Shown in pieces: positions 37,635-47,367 of a stretch of DNA of 64,000 nucleotides. The notes beneath the pieces are model-generated. The model saw only the letters and a program-made list of their open reading frames with translations, was not told the DNA's origin and did no database searches. The position numbers and the translations under genes were made by a program. This DNA comes from a virus, in IMG/VR virus record IMGVR_UViG_3300010371_000028, positions 1-64,000 of that record; one strand, written 5' to 3'. How positions within the stretch are numbered: the first letter of the stretch is position 1; every line of letters begins with the position of its first letter.

Positions 37635-38353
37635 GTGACCGACACCAGCGCGCCGCCGGAGTACGAGAGCGACCGCGACGAGGTCATGTAACCGGACGCG
37701 GTCTGCCCGGCCGTGTACTCGGCCAGCGACGTCGGCTCCGCGCCCGACCAGCCCCACGTCGTCCAGCGCGCGCCGGCATCGTCATAGGAGTGCACCAGCG
37801 GCGGCACCGCGGACTGGTCCCACAGGCTGTAGTAGAACCCGTACGACTGCGCCGTCCACGACGTGCCGTTCGTGCTCGTCGAGGCGCCAGTGACCTGGTT
37901 CGACTTGGACCAGGCGTAGAAGTCCGATGCATCCCCCGCGACCGCCACGACGATCCAGTAAGCAGTACCGGATGCCAGTGAGCATGGCAGCGGGACCGAT
38001 ACCGTCGCGGCCGACGCGGGCACCATGGCCGGCGGCAGCGTCGTCGAGACCAGCGCAGTGCCCGTCGGCGCGCTACCGGTGCTCGTCTGGATCGACACGG
38101 TCGTCGTCGCGGGCAGTCCGGTCAGCGCCAGGTAGAGCACGGCCCGGCCGAGCGAGAAGTTCGAGCCTGCCGTGAACGACTGGGCCAAGAAGAGCCCGTT
38201 CGTGGCCGCCGAACCCGACCCGAGCGTCGTCTGGCCGCCCTGCTGAGTCCCGGCGTACAGGTACGTGGCGGCGTGCGAAACGAGGTACTGATCGACGTGC
38301 GCTGCCCTCGGCGGCTGACCGGACGTGGCGGCGATCCAGGCGGGCGCAGCCAT
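37631..38353 (-). CDS. Minor tail protein, paralogue of 40065..40817
   Basis: MAAPAWIAA...LAQSFTAG...YWIVV...WTAQSYG...DDAGARWT...SSRSLSYS; ATG overlaps the upstream TGA. Confidence 0.8.
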   Translation of the reverse strand: MAAPAWIAATSGQPPRAAHVDQYLVSHAATYLYAGTQQGGQTTLGSGSAATNGLFLAQSFTAGSNFSLGRAVLYLALTGLPATTTVSIQTSTGSAPTGTALVSTTLPPAMVPASAATVSVPLPCSLASGTAYWIVVAVAGDASDFYAWSKSNQVTGASTSTNGTSWTAQSYGFYYSLWDQSAVPPLVHSYDDAGARWTTWGWSGAEPTSLAEYTAGQTASGYMTSSRSLSYSGGALVSVT

Positions 38354-40065
38354 CAGGAAATCCCGACCGTGATCGCCAGCGCGCTCGTCACGTTCGACGA
38401 CGGCGTGATCGATACGGGCACTGCGATAAGCCCGGACCCGTTCGTGGCGAAACGCTTGGTTGCCGCCGCGTTCGGGCCGAGGTTCGCCACCGTGCCGTTC
38501 GCGTTGCTCGCCCGGTACAGCTTCGCCGGGGTCGTCGCGTTCTGCAGGATCCCGACCCAGTACAGGCCCGGCGTGACCGCCGTGGACGAGATCGTCGAAG
38601 TCTGGCCGCCAGTCCCGGCCACGTTCGTGTCGATCGACACGCTCGCCAGCACTGTACCGGCTGCGTTGATCAGCATGATGAAGTTCTCGCCGGCCGTCGG
38701 CGTCGCCGCCGCGGTCCCGACGCCCCAGTAGATCTTCGTGATCGACGTTGCGCGCTGCACGTAGACCGCGGCGAGATAGATGACCCCCGACGTCATCGTG
38801 TCGCCGCTCGACTGCGACGTGAAAGCCGGGTCGTGCGACCACGCCACCATCCCGGACTCGAACGGTGTCGGCAGCCCTACTGTGTGGCCCTGGAAGTCGA
38901 GGGCCGACAGCGACGACTGGAGGCCGTGGAACGCGGTCGAATACCCGGTCTGTCCGCCGACGCGTTCGATGACGTTCGCGCCGCGCAGGATGTTCGTGTT
39001 GGTGGCGTCGTCGATCCACGCCTGCGTGTTGCCGTACAACATGCCGCCGGAGACGACCACGTTCGAGGACGACGCGTTGACCGCGAACCCGTACTGCGGG
39101 CCCGGCACGCTCTGGCCGATGCCCGCGTTGGCCAGGCCGGTCAGCACCGTCGGCTGCGTGATCTCCACGGGGATGGTGGAGCCGGTGCACTGGATACCGG
39201 CGTAGGAGCCGCCGCCCGCGATTCCGTTCGCGCCGTCGCGCCGGTAGTACCCGCCGATGATACTCAACGGCGTGTCACCGGTCGCCGTGATCAGGATTCC
39301 GTTCCTGTTCGAGCCGTCCGTGGAGCAGCCGATCAACTGGCACCCGCCACCGCCCGTGTTGCTACCCGTCCACGTGCCGGAAATCTCGAACCCGTTCCAG
39401 TTCGAGTACTCCGACCGGCAACCAATGAAGACGCTGTTGGATGGCTGCGCGTTGAGCAGGAACCCCGACTTGCTCGACCCGATCGACTCCACGTCGATCC
39501 ACGTCGTGTCCGTCATCCCGCCGGCCGAATACCCGTAGCCGCCGCAGTTGTTGCCCAGGACGCGGGTGAACCGGTGCGAGTAGGAGAACCCGCTGCCGTT
39601 CGACACGGAACTGATGAAGTGGTTCGGCATCGACCGGATCTGCACGTCCTGCACGATCACGCCGTGCACGAACCCCTGCATCTGAAGACCGTCGGTCGTG
39701 CTGCCGGTGATGGCCGAGCCGTCCAGCGTGACGAAGAAAAGGCCCTGCTGGTTCGAGGCCACCGAGTAGCCGCCGGTTGCCTGGTCGACCATCAGGATCA
39801 TCGCCGGGTTCGACGACGAGAACGACGCGAGCGCTTTGATGCAGCAGGTCGTCGAGTCGATGTGCGAGGAATGCGAGCCCCACAGCGTCACCTGCGGCGG
39901 GATGTAGAGGGGGCTGGAGATTCCGTACGTGCCCGGCGGCAGATAGACCACACCCCCGAGAGGCGCGGCGTTCAGGGCGTTCTGGATCGGGAGGGTGTCG
40001 TCCGCGGTACCGTTGCCGACCGCGCCATAGTCCTGCGGCGTGATGAACCCGGCGAGATACGGCAT
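38353..40065 (-). CDS. Tailspike-like protein with pectate-lyase-3/beta-helix domain
   Basis: ITPQDYGAVGNGTADDTLPIQNALNAA..GGVVYLPPGTYGISSPL followed by beta-helix-like repeats. Confidence 0.85.
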   Translation of the reverse strand: MPYLAGFITPQDYGAVGNGTADDTLPIQNALNAAPLGGVVYLPPGTYGISSPLYIPPQVTLWGSHSSHIDSTTCCIKALASFSSSNPAMILMVDQATGGYSVASNQQGLFFVTLDGSAITGSTTDGLQMQGFVHGVIVQDVQIRSMPNHFISSVSNGSGFSYSHRFTRVLGNNCGGYGYSAGGMTDTTWIDVESIGSSKSGFLLNAQPSNSVFIGCRSEYSNWNGFEISGTWTGSNTGGGGCQLIGCSTDGSNRNGILITATGDTPLSIIGGYYRRDGANGIAGGGSYAGIQCTGSTIPVEITQPTVLTGLANAGIGQSVPGPQYGFAVNASSSNVVVSGGMLYGNTQAWIDDATNTNILRGANVIERVGGQTGYSTAFHGLQSSLSALDFQGHTVGLPTPFESGMVAWSHDPAFTSQSSGDTMTSGVIYLAAVYVQRATSITKIYWGVGTAAATPTAGENFIMLINAAGTVLASVSIDTNVAGTGGQTSTISSTAVTPGLYWVGILQNATTPAKLYRASNANGTVANLGPNAAATKRFATNGSGLIAVPVSITPSSNVTSALAITVGIS

Positions 40066-40817
40066 TAGCCCACCGCCTTCAGCAGCCCGTTGGAGGCGTA
40101 GGTGAGGGTGCGCGAAGAGACGAGTGTCGTCCCGTCCTGTGCGATCGTGTACTCGGTGATTCCGGTCAGCGTCGTGCCGGACCACGTCAGGTTCGTGATG
40201 CGTGCCCCGTCGTCCGCGACGATCGACTGGATCTGCCCGGTGCCGCCCGTGCCGTACACCTGGTACATCAGCCCGTAGGACTGCGGCGTCCACGTGGACC
40301 CGTCGGGCGACGTGGCCGCGCCGGAAGCCTGGTTCGACTGTTGCCACACGTAGTACGCGCTCGGCGAGCCGGCGCCGGTCACCACCAGGCAGTAGATGCT
40401 CGACGGGCTCAGACCGCTCGCCAGCAGGGGTACCGGAAGCCAGAACGCGCCCGCGTACACGTACGGCTCCGCCAGTTGCGCCGAGGCGAGAGGCGCACCC
40501 ACTGGCAGACCAGACGCCGCCGCGAACAGCGACACCGTCAGCGGACTGATCGTCGCAGTGACGGCTGAGCCGCCGACCGTGGAGATCTGGAGCGAGACCT
40601 GGCCGATCGCTGTCTGCGCCGACCCGGTCGTGATGGTCTGCGACAGGTAGCCGGATTGCAGCGACTGGTAGACGGCGGCGCCGGTGGCCTGCTGAGTCTG
40701 GACCGCACCCGGGTTCGTGTAGATCCACTGCGCGTTGTGGCCGCCGAGGAACTGGGTGTTCAGCCCGGAGTCCCCGCGCTTCCCGACGGACGCGGCAAGC
40801 CACGCAGGGGTAGCCAT
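40065..40817 (-). CDS. Minor tail protein
   Basis: MATPAWLAA...LSQTITTG...YCLVV...WTPQSYG...DDGARIT...SSRTLTYA. Confidence 0.8.
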   Translation of the reverse strand: MATPAWLAASVGKRGDSGLNTQFLGGHNAQWIYTNPGAVQTQQATGAAVYQSLQSGYLSQTITTGSAQTAIGQVSLQISTVGGSAVTATISPLTVSLFAAASGLPVGAPLASAQLAEPYVYAGAFWLPVPLLASGLSPSSIYCLVVTGAGSPSAYYVWQQSNQASGAATSPDGSTWTPQSYGLMYQVYGTGGTGQIQSIVADDGARITNLTWSGTTLTGITEYTIAQDGTTLVSSRTLTYASNGLLKAVG

Positions 40818-40845
40818 CAGCACCCCCGGGATTCAGCGCGACAGG

Positions 40846-41481
40846 TCACGGCCCGAGCAGCAGCGAGATCTCGAGCAGCAGACTGTCGGTCGTCGGTACG
40901 GTCAGCGTCGGCGAGAAGCTCCAGTGGTCGATCATCGTGCCGCTGTTCGTCGTCGAGGTCGCGCCCGCGAACAGGCCCGCCTCCGCGACCGTCCACGTCG
41001 TGGCCGGCGACGTGAAGTAGAACAGCCAGGTGCAGTAGGCGGGGATCGAGGAGGATGCCGGGTTCGTGCCGCCCGCGCCGACCGTCTGCCGGCCGAGCTC
41101 CGCGAACAGGGAGGTATCCGACTTCACGGGCGTGCCCGTGCCGGAGCCGACCGCGCCGTAGAGAGGCGTGAGATACGTCGGGGACGTCACGCCGAGGTTC
41201 GCGGCCTGGTCCTCCAAGCCCGCCCACACCAGGGCCGCGGCGAGCGCGCCGTACCCGACGGTGCACATGACGTTCTCGCCCGCGCGGTGGCCGGCCACCG
41301 CGTCCGGGCGGCCGGCGATCCGGGCGAGCGCCTCGGCGGGGGCGAGCCCTTGACGCTTAGTCAACTCGAGGTAGTCCGCGAGATCCTTCGGGCTCAGATC
41401 CGGGCTGTCGCGGAGGACGGTCGCGGCAAGCCGGCCTCGTATCGGCAGCGCCTCGCGCACGGCCGGGCTTCCTACTGCCAT
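40846..41481 (-). CDS. Minor tail protein
   Basis: GENVMCTVG...LYGAVGSG...D.SLFAEL...TVAEAGLF pattern of phage tail proteins. Confidence 0.75.
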   Translation of the reverse strand: MAVGSPAVREALPIRGRLAATVLRDSPDLSPKDLADYLELTKRQGLAPAEALARIAGRPDAVAGHRAGENVMCTVGYGALAAALVWAGLEDQAANLGVTSPTYLTPLYGAVGSGTGTPVKSDTSLFAELGRQTVGAGGTNPASSSIPAYCTWLFYFTSPATTWTVAEAGLFAGATSTTNSGTMIDHWSFSPTLTVPTTDSLLLEISLLLGP

Positions 41482-41687
41482 GCCCACGCTCCCCAGACGT
41501 CCTGACCCCAGCCCGGCGGGGTAGTGACGACAATCCCGGTGGCGGCGTCCGCCCACGCGGTCTGTTCGTCGGCCTCGGCGACGTATCCGAGGCCCGAGGT
41601 GGACGTGTCGGCACTGGAGGAGTTCTGCCCGTTGATTGAGTTGAGCAGATCGACCCAGGTCATCGGACGGTACAGGCCGGAGGTCAT
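41472..41687 (-). CDS. Small tail-associated protein
   Basis: 71 aa, ends WGQDVWGAWAWQ; coupled. Confidence 0.6.
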   Translation of the reverse strand: MTSGLYRPMTWVDLLNSINGQNSSSADTSTSGLGYVAEADEQTAWADAATGIVVTTPPGWGQDVWGAWAWQ

Positions 41688-41699
41688 CGGCTACGCCCC

Positions 41700-43094
41700 T
41701 CATATCCGGACGGTGGTCAGCGCCATGGTGCGGTAGCCGCCGTCGGCGAACGTGACCGTGTTCGCAACGATCACGAAGGTGTCCATGAGCCCCCAGGTGC
41801 TGTTCTGCGGGTCGTAGAGCAGGCGGTTAGGGTCCGCCACTTCGCAGGACCAGCCGGCCCGCACCCACCCGATCCAGTCGGGGGACGTGTTGAAGGTGAA
41901 CCGCTGGACGACGAACGCGTACTCGGTGCGCATCTGCTGTGCGCGGGCGAGCGCCATCGGGACGGTCGTCAGGCTGCTGTCGGAGACGTACTGGCCGAAG
42001 ATCCCGCCGTTCGGCCCGGCGTACCGGGTGATCGACGCCTGGTCTGAGGCCTGCGCCACCACCGGGACGAGGTAGGTGTACCAGATCTGGATCTGCGTTC
42101 CGGCGGCCGGGACCGTGGCCGCGACCAGGAAGTACTGGCCGATGGAGTTCTGCTCGACGACCCACGGGCCCGTCACGCTCGCACCCTTGTCCGCGACGAC
42201 GACGGTCGTCGAGACGCCGCCGATGTGCAGCACAGGCTGGCCGGTGACGGTGTAACGCAGCGGCCACGCGGTCTGGGTGCCGTCCGCGAGCCACGTGTCG
42301 GTCGGCGGTTTCGACGTCGAGCCGTAGGAGATCGTCTGGTTCGCGCCCTGCACCAGGATCCGGTTCGACAGGGATGTGCCGTCCTGCTGGTTCGCGTTCT
42401 GGCTGTCGAGGAGGATGTGGCCCTCGGTCAGCGACCCTGCGGCGGTCGGGGCGGTGGTGAACGTCACGCCGCTGCTCAGAGCCTCGGTGCCGGGGAAGAA
42501 GTGCAGTTCGAGGTTCTCGTCGACATACCAGCCCCACGGTGTCGTGGAGCCAGCGAGGTTCGCCAGCTGCCGCCATGCCGTCGACAAGGGGTTGAAATTC
42601 AGGACGTAGGAGGCGAGTTGCGGGCCCGGTTCGACGTATCCGCCGTCCGCGACCGTCGCGGCGGTGATCCCGCAGTCGGCCTGCCGGACGAGGCTGACCA
42701 CGATCTGGTCGACGGTCCAGCCGTAGAAGATCCCGTGGACGTCCTTGTTGTCGGCGTACAGGGTGTAGTCGACGCAGGCGAGGTCCCATTCGTTCAACGT
42801 CTTGTTGACGATGACCGCCTGGGTCACGGAGTTCGCCACCCCGGCGAAAAGGCTCGTCGCGGCGGTGTTGTCGTACAGGGAGACCTGCGACATGCCGAGG
42901 ATCGCGATGGTGGGCGTGCCGGCGGCGGCGTAGTCCTCGACGAGCGGCAGGACGGCTGTGTCGCCCTGTCGGCCGAAGTTCTGCGTGACCGTCGTCTGCT
43001 GTTGGGCGCCGGCCCACGTGAGGTGCGTCGTGTAGTCGGTCGGCGAGCCGCCCGGCGGGGTGACGGTCAGGGTCAGGTGTGGGGCAGCGACCAC
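41700..43094 (-). CDS. Tail hub / distal-tail-associated protein
   Basis: 464-aa beta-rich ORF directly after the tape measure; WYVDENLELHF. Confidence 0.75.
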   Translation of the reverse strand: MVAAPHLTLTVTPPGGSPTDYTTHLTWAGAQQQTTVTQNFGRQGDTAVLPLVEDYAAAGTPTIAILGMSQVSLYDNTAATSLFAGVANSVTQAVIVNKTLNEWDLACVDYTLYADNKDVHGIFYGWTVDQIVVSLVRQADCGITAATVADGGYVEPGPQLASYVLNFNPLSTAWRQLANLAGSTTPWGWYVDENLELHFFPGTEALSSGVTFTTAPTAAGSLTEGHILLDSQNANQQDGTSLSNRILVQGANQTISYGSTSKPPTDTWLADGTQTAWPLRYTVTGQPVLHIGGVSTTVVVADKGASVTGPWVVEQNSIGQYFLVAATVPAAGTQIQIWYTYLVPVVAQASDQASITRYAGPNGGIFGQYVSDSSLTTVPMALARAQQMRTEYAFVVQRFTFNTSPDWIGWVRAGWSCEVADPNRLLYDPQNSTWGLMDTFVIVANTVTFADGGYRTMALTTVRI

Positions 43095-43098
43095 GCCA

Positions 43099-46000
43099 TC
43101 ACCTCAGCAGTGTCTTGACGCCGCCCTGTGCGCCGATGGAGGTGACGACCCGGCTGCCGACCTTCTGCGCGAACTTGTCGAAGTCGGCATCAGTCATCAG
43201 GGTGTTGCCGCCTTCGATGATGATGGTCGGCCCGCTGGTGGCGGACGTGGTGCCGAGTGACGCGGCGCCGCCGAGGCCCGAGGCGAACGCCTGCCCGAGG
43301 TTCTGCGGGCCCGTCATATCCGCCTTGATCGACGCACTGATGGATCCGAGTTTCGCGTGCAGTGCGGGAACCTGGTCGTCGAACCCGGTGATCAGACCCT
43401 TCATGATCAGCTGGCCGTTGTCGGTCAGCATGACCGCGTCATAGGACGGCGGCCCCTTCCAGGAGATGATGTCGGAGGCGATCCCGCCGAAGAACGACTT
43501 CACGTCACCGAGCGCGGACTTCGCTCCGCTGATCAGGCCGGTCAGGATCGTCTTGCCGATGTCGTAGAGCCACGAGCCCGCGTCCTTGAAGAACCCGATG
43601 ATCCCGTTGTAGATCGTCTTGAAAGCGCCGGTCACGCCCGAAAGCGCGTCCTTGATCGCCTTCTCGAAGCCGCCGAAGATCGAGGAGACGGAACCGACGA
43701 CGGTCTTCTCGATATCGCCGAGGATCGACTTGAAGAACGAGTAGATGTCCTGCCACACGGCGCTCACCGTGGACTTCACATCACCCCACAGCTTGCCCCA
43801 CTTACCCGTCACCAGGTCAGCGAAGAACTGGAAGAACCCCTTGATCAGGTCCAGTGCGACGTTGATAGTGGCGGTGATCCCGGCCCACGCGGCCCGAACG
43901 ATCCCGAGAACGACATCCCACGCCGCCTTGATGATCCCCTCGACGATGTCGAGCTGCGCCCTGACGATCCCCGAGATCACCGACCAGGCCGCCCGTACGA
44001 TGGTGGACACCAGATCCCAGGCCAGTCGGAACGCGCCCTCGATCGCCTGCCAGCCGGCCTTGAGGACCGTCTCCACCAGGCCGAGCTCAACCCTGAAGAT
44101 CCCGACGATGAAATTCCAGGCGGTCTTCGTGAGCGACTCGACAACCCCGAACGCCGTCTCGAACGCCTCGATCATGAAATTCAGTGGCGGCTCGACGACA
44201 TCCTCGACGTCCTGGACCGCGCCCTCGAAGAGCGCGACGATCGTGTCCCAGTTCGAGGAGATCAGCGAGACCAGCTTGCCGCCCGTCGCGTTCCAGATCG
44301 TGACCAGCGACTGCCAGATCGACGACAGGTCGGACGAGATCTTGTCCCACTCTTTGGAGACCGCCGCAGACGCCTGATCCCAGGCGCGCGAGATCGCGGT
44401 CACCACCTTGCCGCCGGTCGCGTCCCAGGCCGCCGAAAGGCCGCCCCAGACCGCCTTCAGGACGCCGACGAAATCGGCCCACACGCCCTCGGCGACCGCC
44501 ACGGCCGTACGGAACGCGCCTGAGACAGCGTCGCCGACGTCCTTGGCCGCGCCCTTCATCCAGTTCCAGACGTCCTTGAGCACGGCCTCGACCTGCCGCC
44601 AGTGCGTTGCGATCTCCAGGACCGCGGCGATCAGCAGCCCGATCGGGCCGAGCAGCACCACCAGGCCGGCGGCGATCTCGTGCACGTGGCCCTTGACGAA
44701 GGCAACGGCGTCGTCGAATGCGGACTTAAGCCAGCTCCAGAAGTCGCCGAGCCACCGCTTGACCGTCGACCAGTGCGTGACGATCAGGACGGCGGCGAGC
44801 GCGAGCGCGGTGACCGCGAGGATCACCGGATTGAACTCGAGGCCCTCGGTGACCTCGCCGAAGGTGACCATGGCGCCGCGGATCAGGTCGATCGCCTTGG
44901 CTGCCAGGATGAACACCGTCACGCCTGTGGCGAGCGCCCCGACGACCAGGAGGATCATCGCGGCCAACGTCTTGTTGTGCTCGATCCAGTTGGCGATCGG
45001 CCCGACGACCTTGAGCACCATGTCGAGGATCTTCGTGACCATCGGCAGCAGCGCCGTGCCCAACTGGATCCCCGCAGCCTCCGCGGTCTGCTTGAGCTCG
45101 GACAACTTTTGGTTCAGGTTCCCCTGGATCTCGGCCCAGCCGTTGACGTTCTGGCCTGCCGTCTTCCCGGCGTCACCCACGGCCTTCACGTTCGACTGGA
45201 ACGTCGCCGTGTTCGCGCCGGTCAGCATCAGCGCCGTGTTCAGGCCGGTCGCGCCGCCGAGCATCTTCGACAGCGCCGCCGTATAGGTCTGCGCGGCGGG
45301 CGAGCCGGAGGTGAGCAGCGAGTTGAAGGAGTGCGCCTTCTCCGCGGTGCCCGCGAACTGCGTCAACAGATGCGCGGAGACCGGGTCGAGGCCCTGAAGA
45401 TCCGTGCGCCACTGCTTCGCCGTCACCGACCCGTTCAGGAAACTCGTGGCGAGCTTCTGCAGGTTCGCCGGCATCGCCGCGATTTCCTGGTTGGCATCGG
45501 ACGCAGCAGCCTTCGCCTGCTGGAACGTCGACATGATGACCTGCCCCGACGGGCCCATATGCTGGGCGATCGCCGAGGTGAGTTCCTCGAGCGTCCCGGT
45601 CAGGCCCTTCTTGCCGAGCTGCTGCGAGACCTGGTTCGCGTTCAGGCCCATCTGCGCCATCTCGTTGATCGCCACGTTGTTGGGGTTCTGGAGCGACCGG
45701 ATCGAGTTCGCCAAGTCCTGGGCAGCCTGCTGCGCGCTCATGCCCTCGCCGGTCATGGTCGCCATGGCGCCGCCGACCTGCTCGAAGGAAAGGCCGGCAG
45801 CCGACGCGATGGGCAGGACGTTCGAGAGCGACGCGGCAAGCGCCTCGGTCGTCGTCTTGCCGTTCTGGACCACCGCGATCAACTGGTCCATCGACGCGGT
45901 CGCTCTGTCGGCGCCGAGCCCGTAGTCCTTCAGGATCGTCGTCAGGGCATTGCTGACAGTCCCCAGGTCGGCGTTCTCGGCCTTCGCGCCCTGCGCCGCC

Positions 46001-47061
46001 GCCGTGAGCACCGTCAGGCCCTTAGCGCCCGTGAACCCGGCGCTGCCGATCATGTACATGCCGTTGGTGAGCTCTTGGATCTCCGTGCCCGTAGACGAAG
46101 CGATGCTCAGAATCCCCGCGCGCACCGCGGCCATCTGCGCCGCAGTCTCGCCGCCGGATGTCTGCAACACGGTCGTGGCCTGCTGGAAGTTCGCAGCCGC
46201 CTTCACCGACTCGTAGCCGATCCCCGCCACCGCCGCAGCCGTAAGACCCGCAGCGACCGTCGCGCCCTTGAGCGCCGCCCCGGACCCGGCCACCGACGTG
46301 TTCGCGGCGTCCTGCGCCGCAGCCATCTCCGCGCTGCGCGTCGTCACCCGCTTCTGCGCGGCGGACAGCGCGTCGAGCGCCGCGACCTGCTCCGCCGACG
46401 CCGCCTTCGCCGCCGTAGCGGCCTCGCGGGCGGCCACGGCCTGCGCCTGGAAGCCGGTGAGAATTTTCGCGTCGGACTCGCCGAACGCCGCGGTCACTGC
46501 GGCGGCGGACTCCTGCGCGGTCGCGGCCAGCGCCTCATAGGACGCCATCTCACGGTCCAGGGCGCCCTGGACCGCGTCCGCAGCGGCCCCGTGGACGGAC
46601 GCGAGCTTCGTCTCGAGATCGGTGATCTTCGCGGCGGAAGCTTCCGCCGCGCTCGCATCCGCAGCAGCGGCGTCCGCGAGCTGCGAATACTTCACGATCA
46701 TCTCGTCCGCGGACGCGCCCAGCGCAGCGGCAGCCGCCTCCTGCGCCGCCGACTCGACCCTCGCCGCGTCAGCCGCCGCCGCCTGCGCGTCACGCACAGC
46801 CCGCGTCGAAGTGAGCAGACGGGCCTGAGCAGCCTCCTGCTCCTGCACGGCGACGGTGTACGCGTTCGCCGCAGCCTCGGCCTTGACCTGCGCGGCTTCC
46901 AACTCCTCGCCGGTCATGCTGGCCTTCGCGGCGGCGTCCGCCGCCTTCTCGCCCAGCCCGTCGAGCTTCCCCGTGATCCCCTCGATGACCTTCGAGGCCT
47001 TGTCGATCGCCTCGAGCATCAACAGGACCGTGACCTCAGAGGACGTCGACACGCAGGCCAC
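43099..47061 (-). CDS. Tail tape measure protein
   Basis: 1320 aa, Ala-rich helical; TP901-type core (AANFQQAT...) and Trp/Phe-periodic amphipathic repeats. Confidence 0.92.
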   Translation of the reverse strand: MACVSTSSEVTVLLMLEAIDKASKVIEGITGKLDGLGEKAADAAAKASMTGEELEAAQVKAEAAANAYTVAVQEQEAAQARLLTSTRAVRDAQAAAADAARVESAAQEAAAAALGASADEMIVKYSQLADAAAADASAAEASAAKITDLETKLASVHGAAADAVQGALDREMASYEALAATAQESAAAVTAAFGESDAKILTGFQAQAVAAREAATAAKAASAEQVAALDALSAAQKRVTTRSAEMAAAQDAANTSVAGSGAALKGATVAAGLTAAAVAGIGYESVKAAANFQQATTVLQTSGGETAAQMAAVRAGILSIASSTGTEIQELTNGMYMIGSAGFTGAKGLTVLTAAAQGAKAENADLGTVSNALTTILKDYGLGADRATASMDQLIAVVQNGKTTTEALAASLSNVLPIASAAGLSFEQVGGAMATMTGEGMSAQQAAQDLANSIRSLQNPNNVAINEMAQMGLNANQVSQQLGKKGLTGTLEELTSAIAQHMGPSGQVIMSTFQQAKAAASDANQEIAAMPANLQKLATSFLNGSVTAKQWRTDLQGLDPVSAHLLTQFAGTAEKAHSFNSLLTSGSPAAQTYTAALSKMLGGATGLNTALMLTGANTATFQSNVKAVGDAGKTAGQNVNGWAEIQGNLNQKLSELKQTAEAAGIQLGTALLPMVTKILDMVLKVVGPIANWIEHNKTLAAMILLVVGALATGVTVFILAAKAIDLIRGAMVTFGEVTEGLEFNPVILAVTALALAAVLIVTHWSTVKRWLGDFWSWLKSAFDDAVAFVKGHVHEIAAGLVVLLGPIGLLIAAVLEIATHWRQVEAVLKDVWNWMKGAAKDVGDAVSGAFRTAVAVAEGVWADFVGVLKAVWGGLSAAWDATGGKVVTAISRAWDQASAAVSKEWDKISSDLSSIWQSLVTIWNATGGKLVSLISSNWDTIVALFEGAVQDVEDVVEPPLNFMIEAFETAFGVVESLTKTAWNFIVGIFRVELGLVETVLKAGWQAIEGAFRLAWDLVSTIVRAAWSVISGIVRAQLDIVEGIIKAAWDVVLGIVRAAWAGITATINVALDLIKGFFQFFADLVTGKWGKLWGDVKSTVSAVWQDIYSFFKSILGDIEKTVVGSVSSIFGGFEKAIKDALSGVTGAFKTIYNGIIGFFKDAGSWLYDIGKTILTGLISGAKSALGDVKSFFGGIASDIISWKGPPSYDAVMLTDNGQLIMKGLITGFDDQVPALHAKLGSISASIKADMTGPQNLGQAFASGLGGAASLGTTSATSGPTIIIEGGNTLMTDADFDKFAQKVGSRVVTSIGAQGGVKTLLR

Positions 47062-47076
47062 CCCCGCCCGTGCGCG

Positions 47077-47367
47077 CTACCTAGTGGCCATCGGGGGCCG
47101 CTCAATCCTCGGAAGCCGGGCGAACGCGGCATCAACCGCCTCAGGGTCCTGACCGCCGCCCGAGGAGCCGCCCTTGGACTTGCGCTCCTCCGCCTCGATC
47201 CGGAAAAAAGTCAGGACGTCCGCGAACTCCAGCGGGTCATACAGGGCGCGCGCCGCCTCCAGCGTCAGCCCAAGTCGCGACCACCAGATCTCCCGCATCC
47301 AGATCTCCTGGATCAGCGGATGCTCCGACCTCCCGCGCCTCGCCGCCGAACGGCACCTCGTCTCGAA
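47077..47367 (-). CDS. Tail assembly chaperone downstream (T-like) frame
   Basis: Overlapping +1 frame encoding EHPLIQEIWMREIWWSRLGLTL...FFRIEAEE. Reached by frameshift or from its own AGGAG-N6-ATG at 47298. Confidence 0.65.
   Translation of the reverse strand, partial: FETRCRSAARRGRSEHPLIQEIWMREIWWSRLGLTLEAARALYDPLEFADVLTFFRIEAEERKSKGGSSGGGQDPEAVDAAFARLPRIERPPMATR

Noticed and set aside
43500-45000. Periodic Trp/Phe repeats as a novel repeat element
   Set aside because: Ordinary amphipathic repeats of tape measure proteins.
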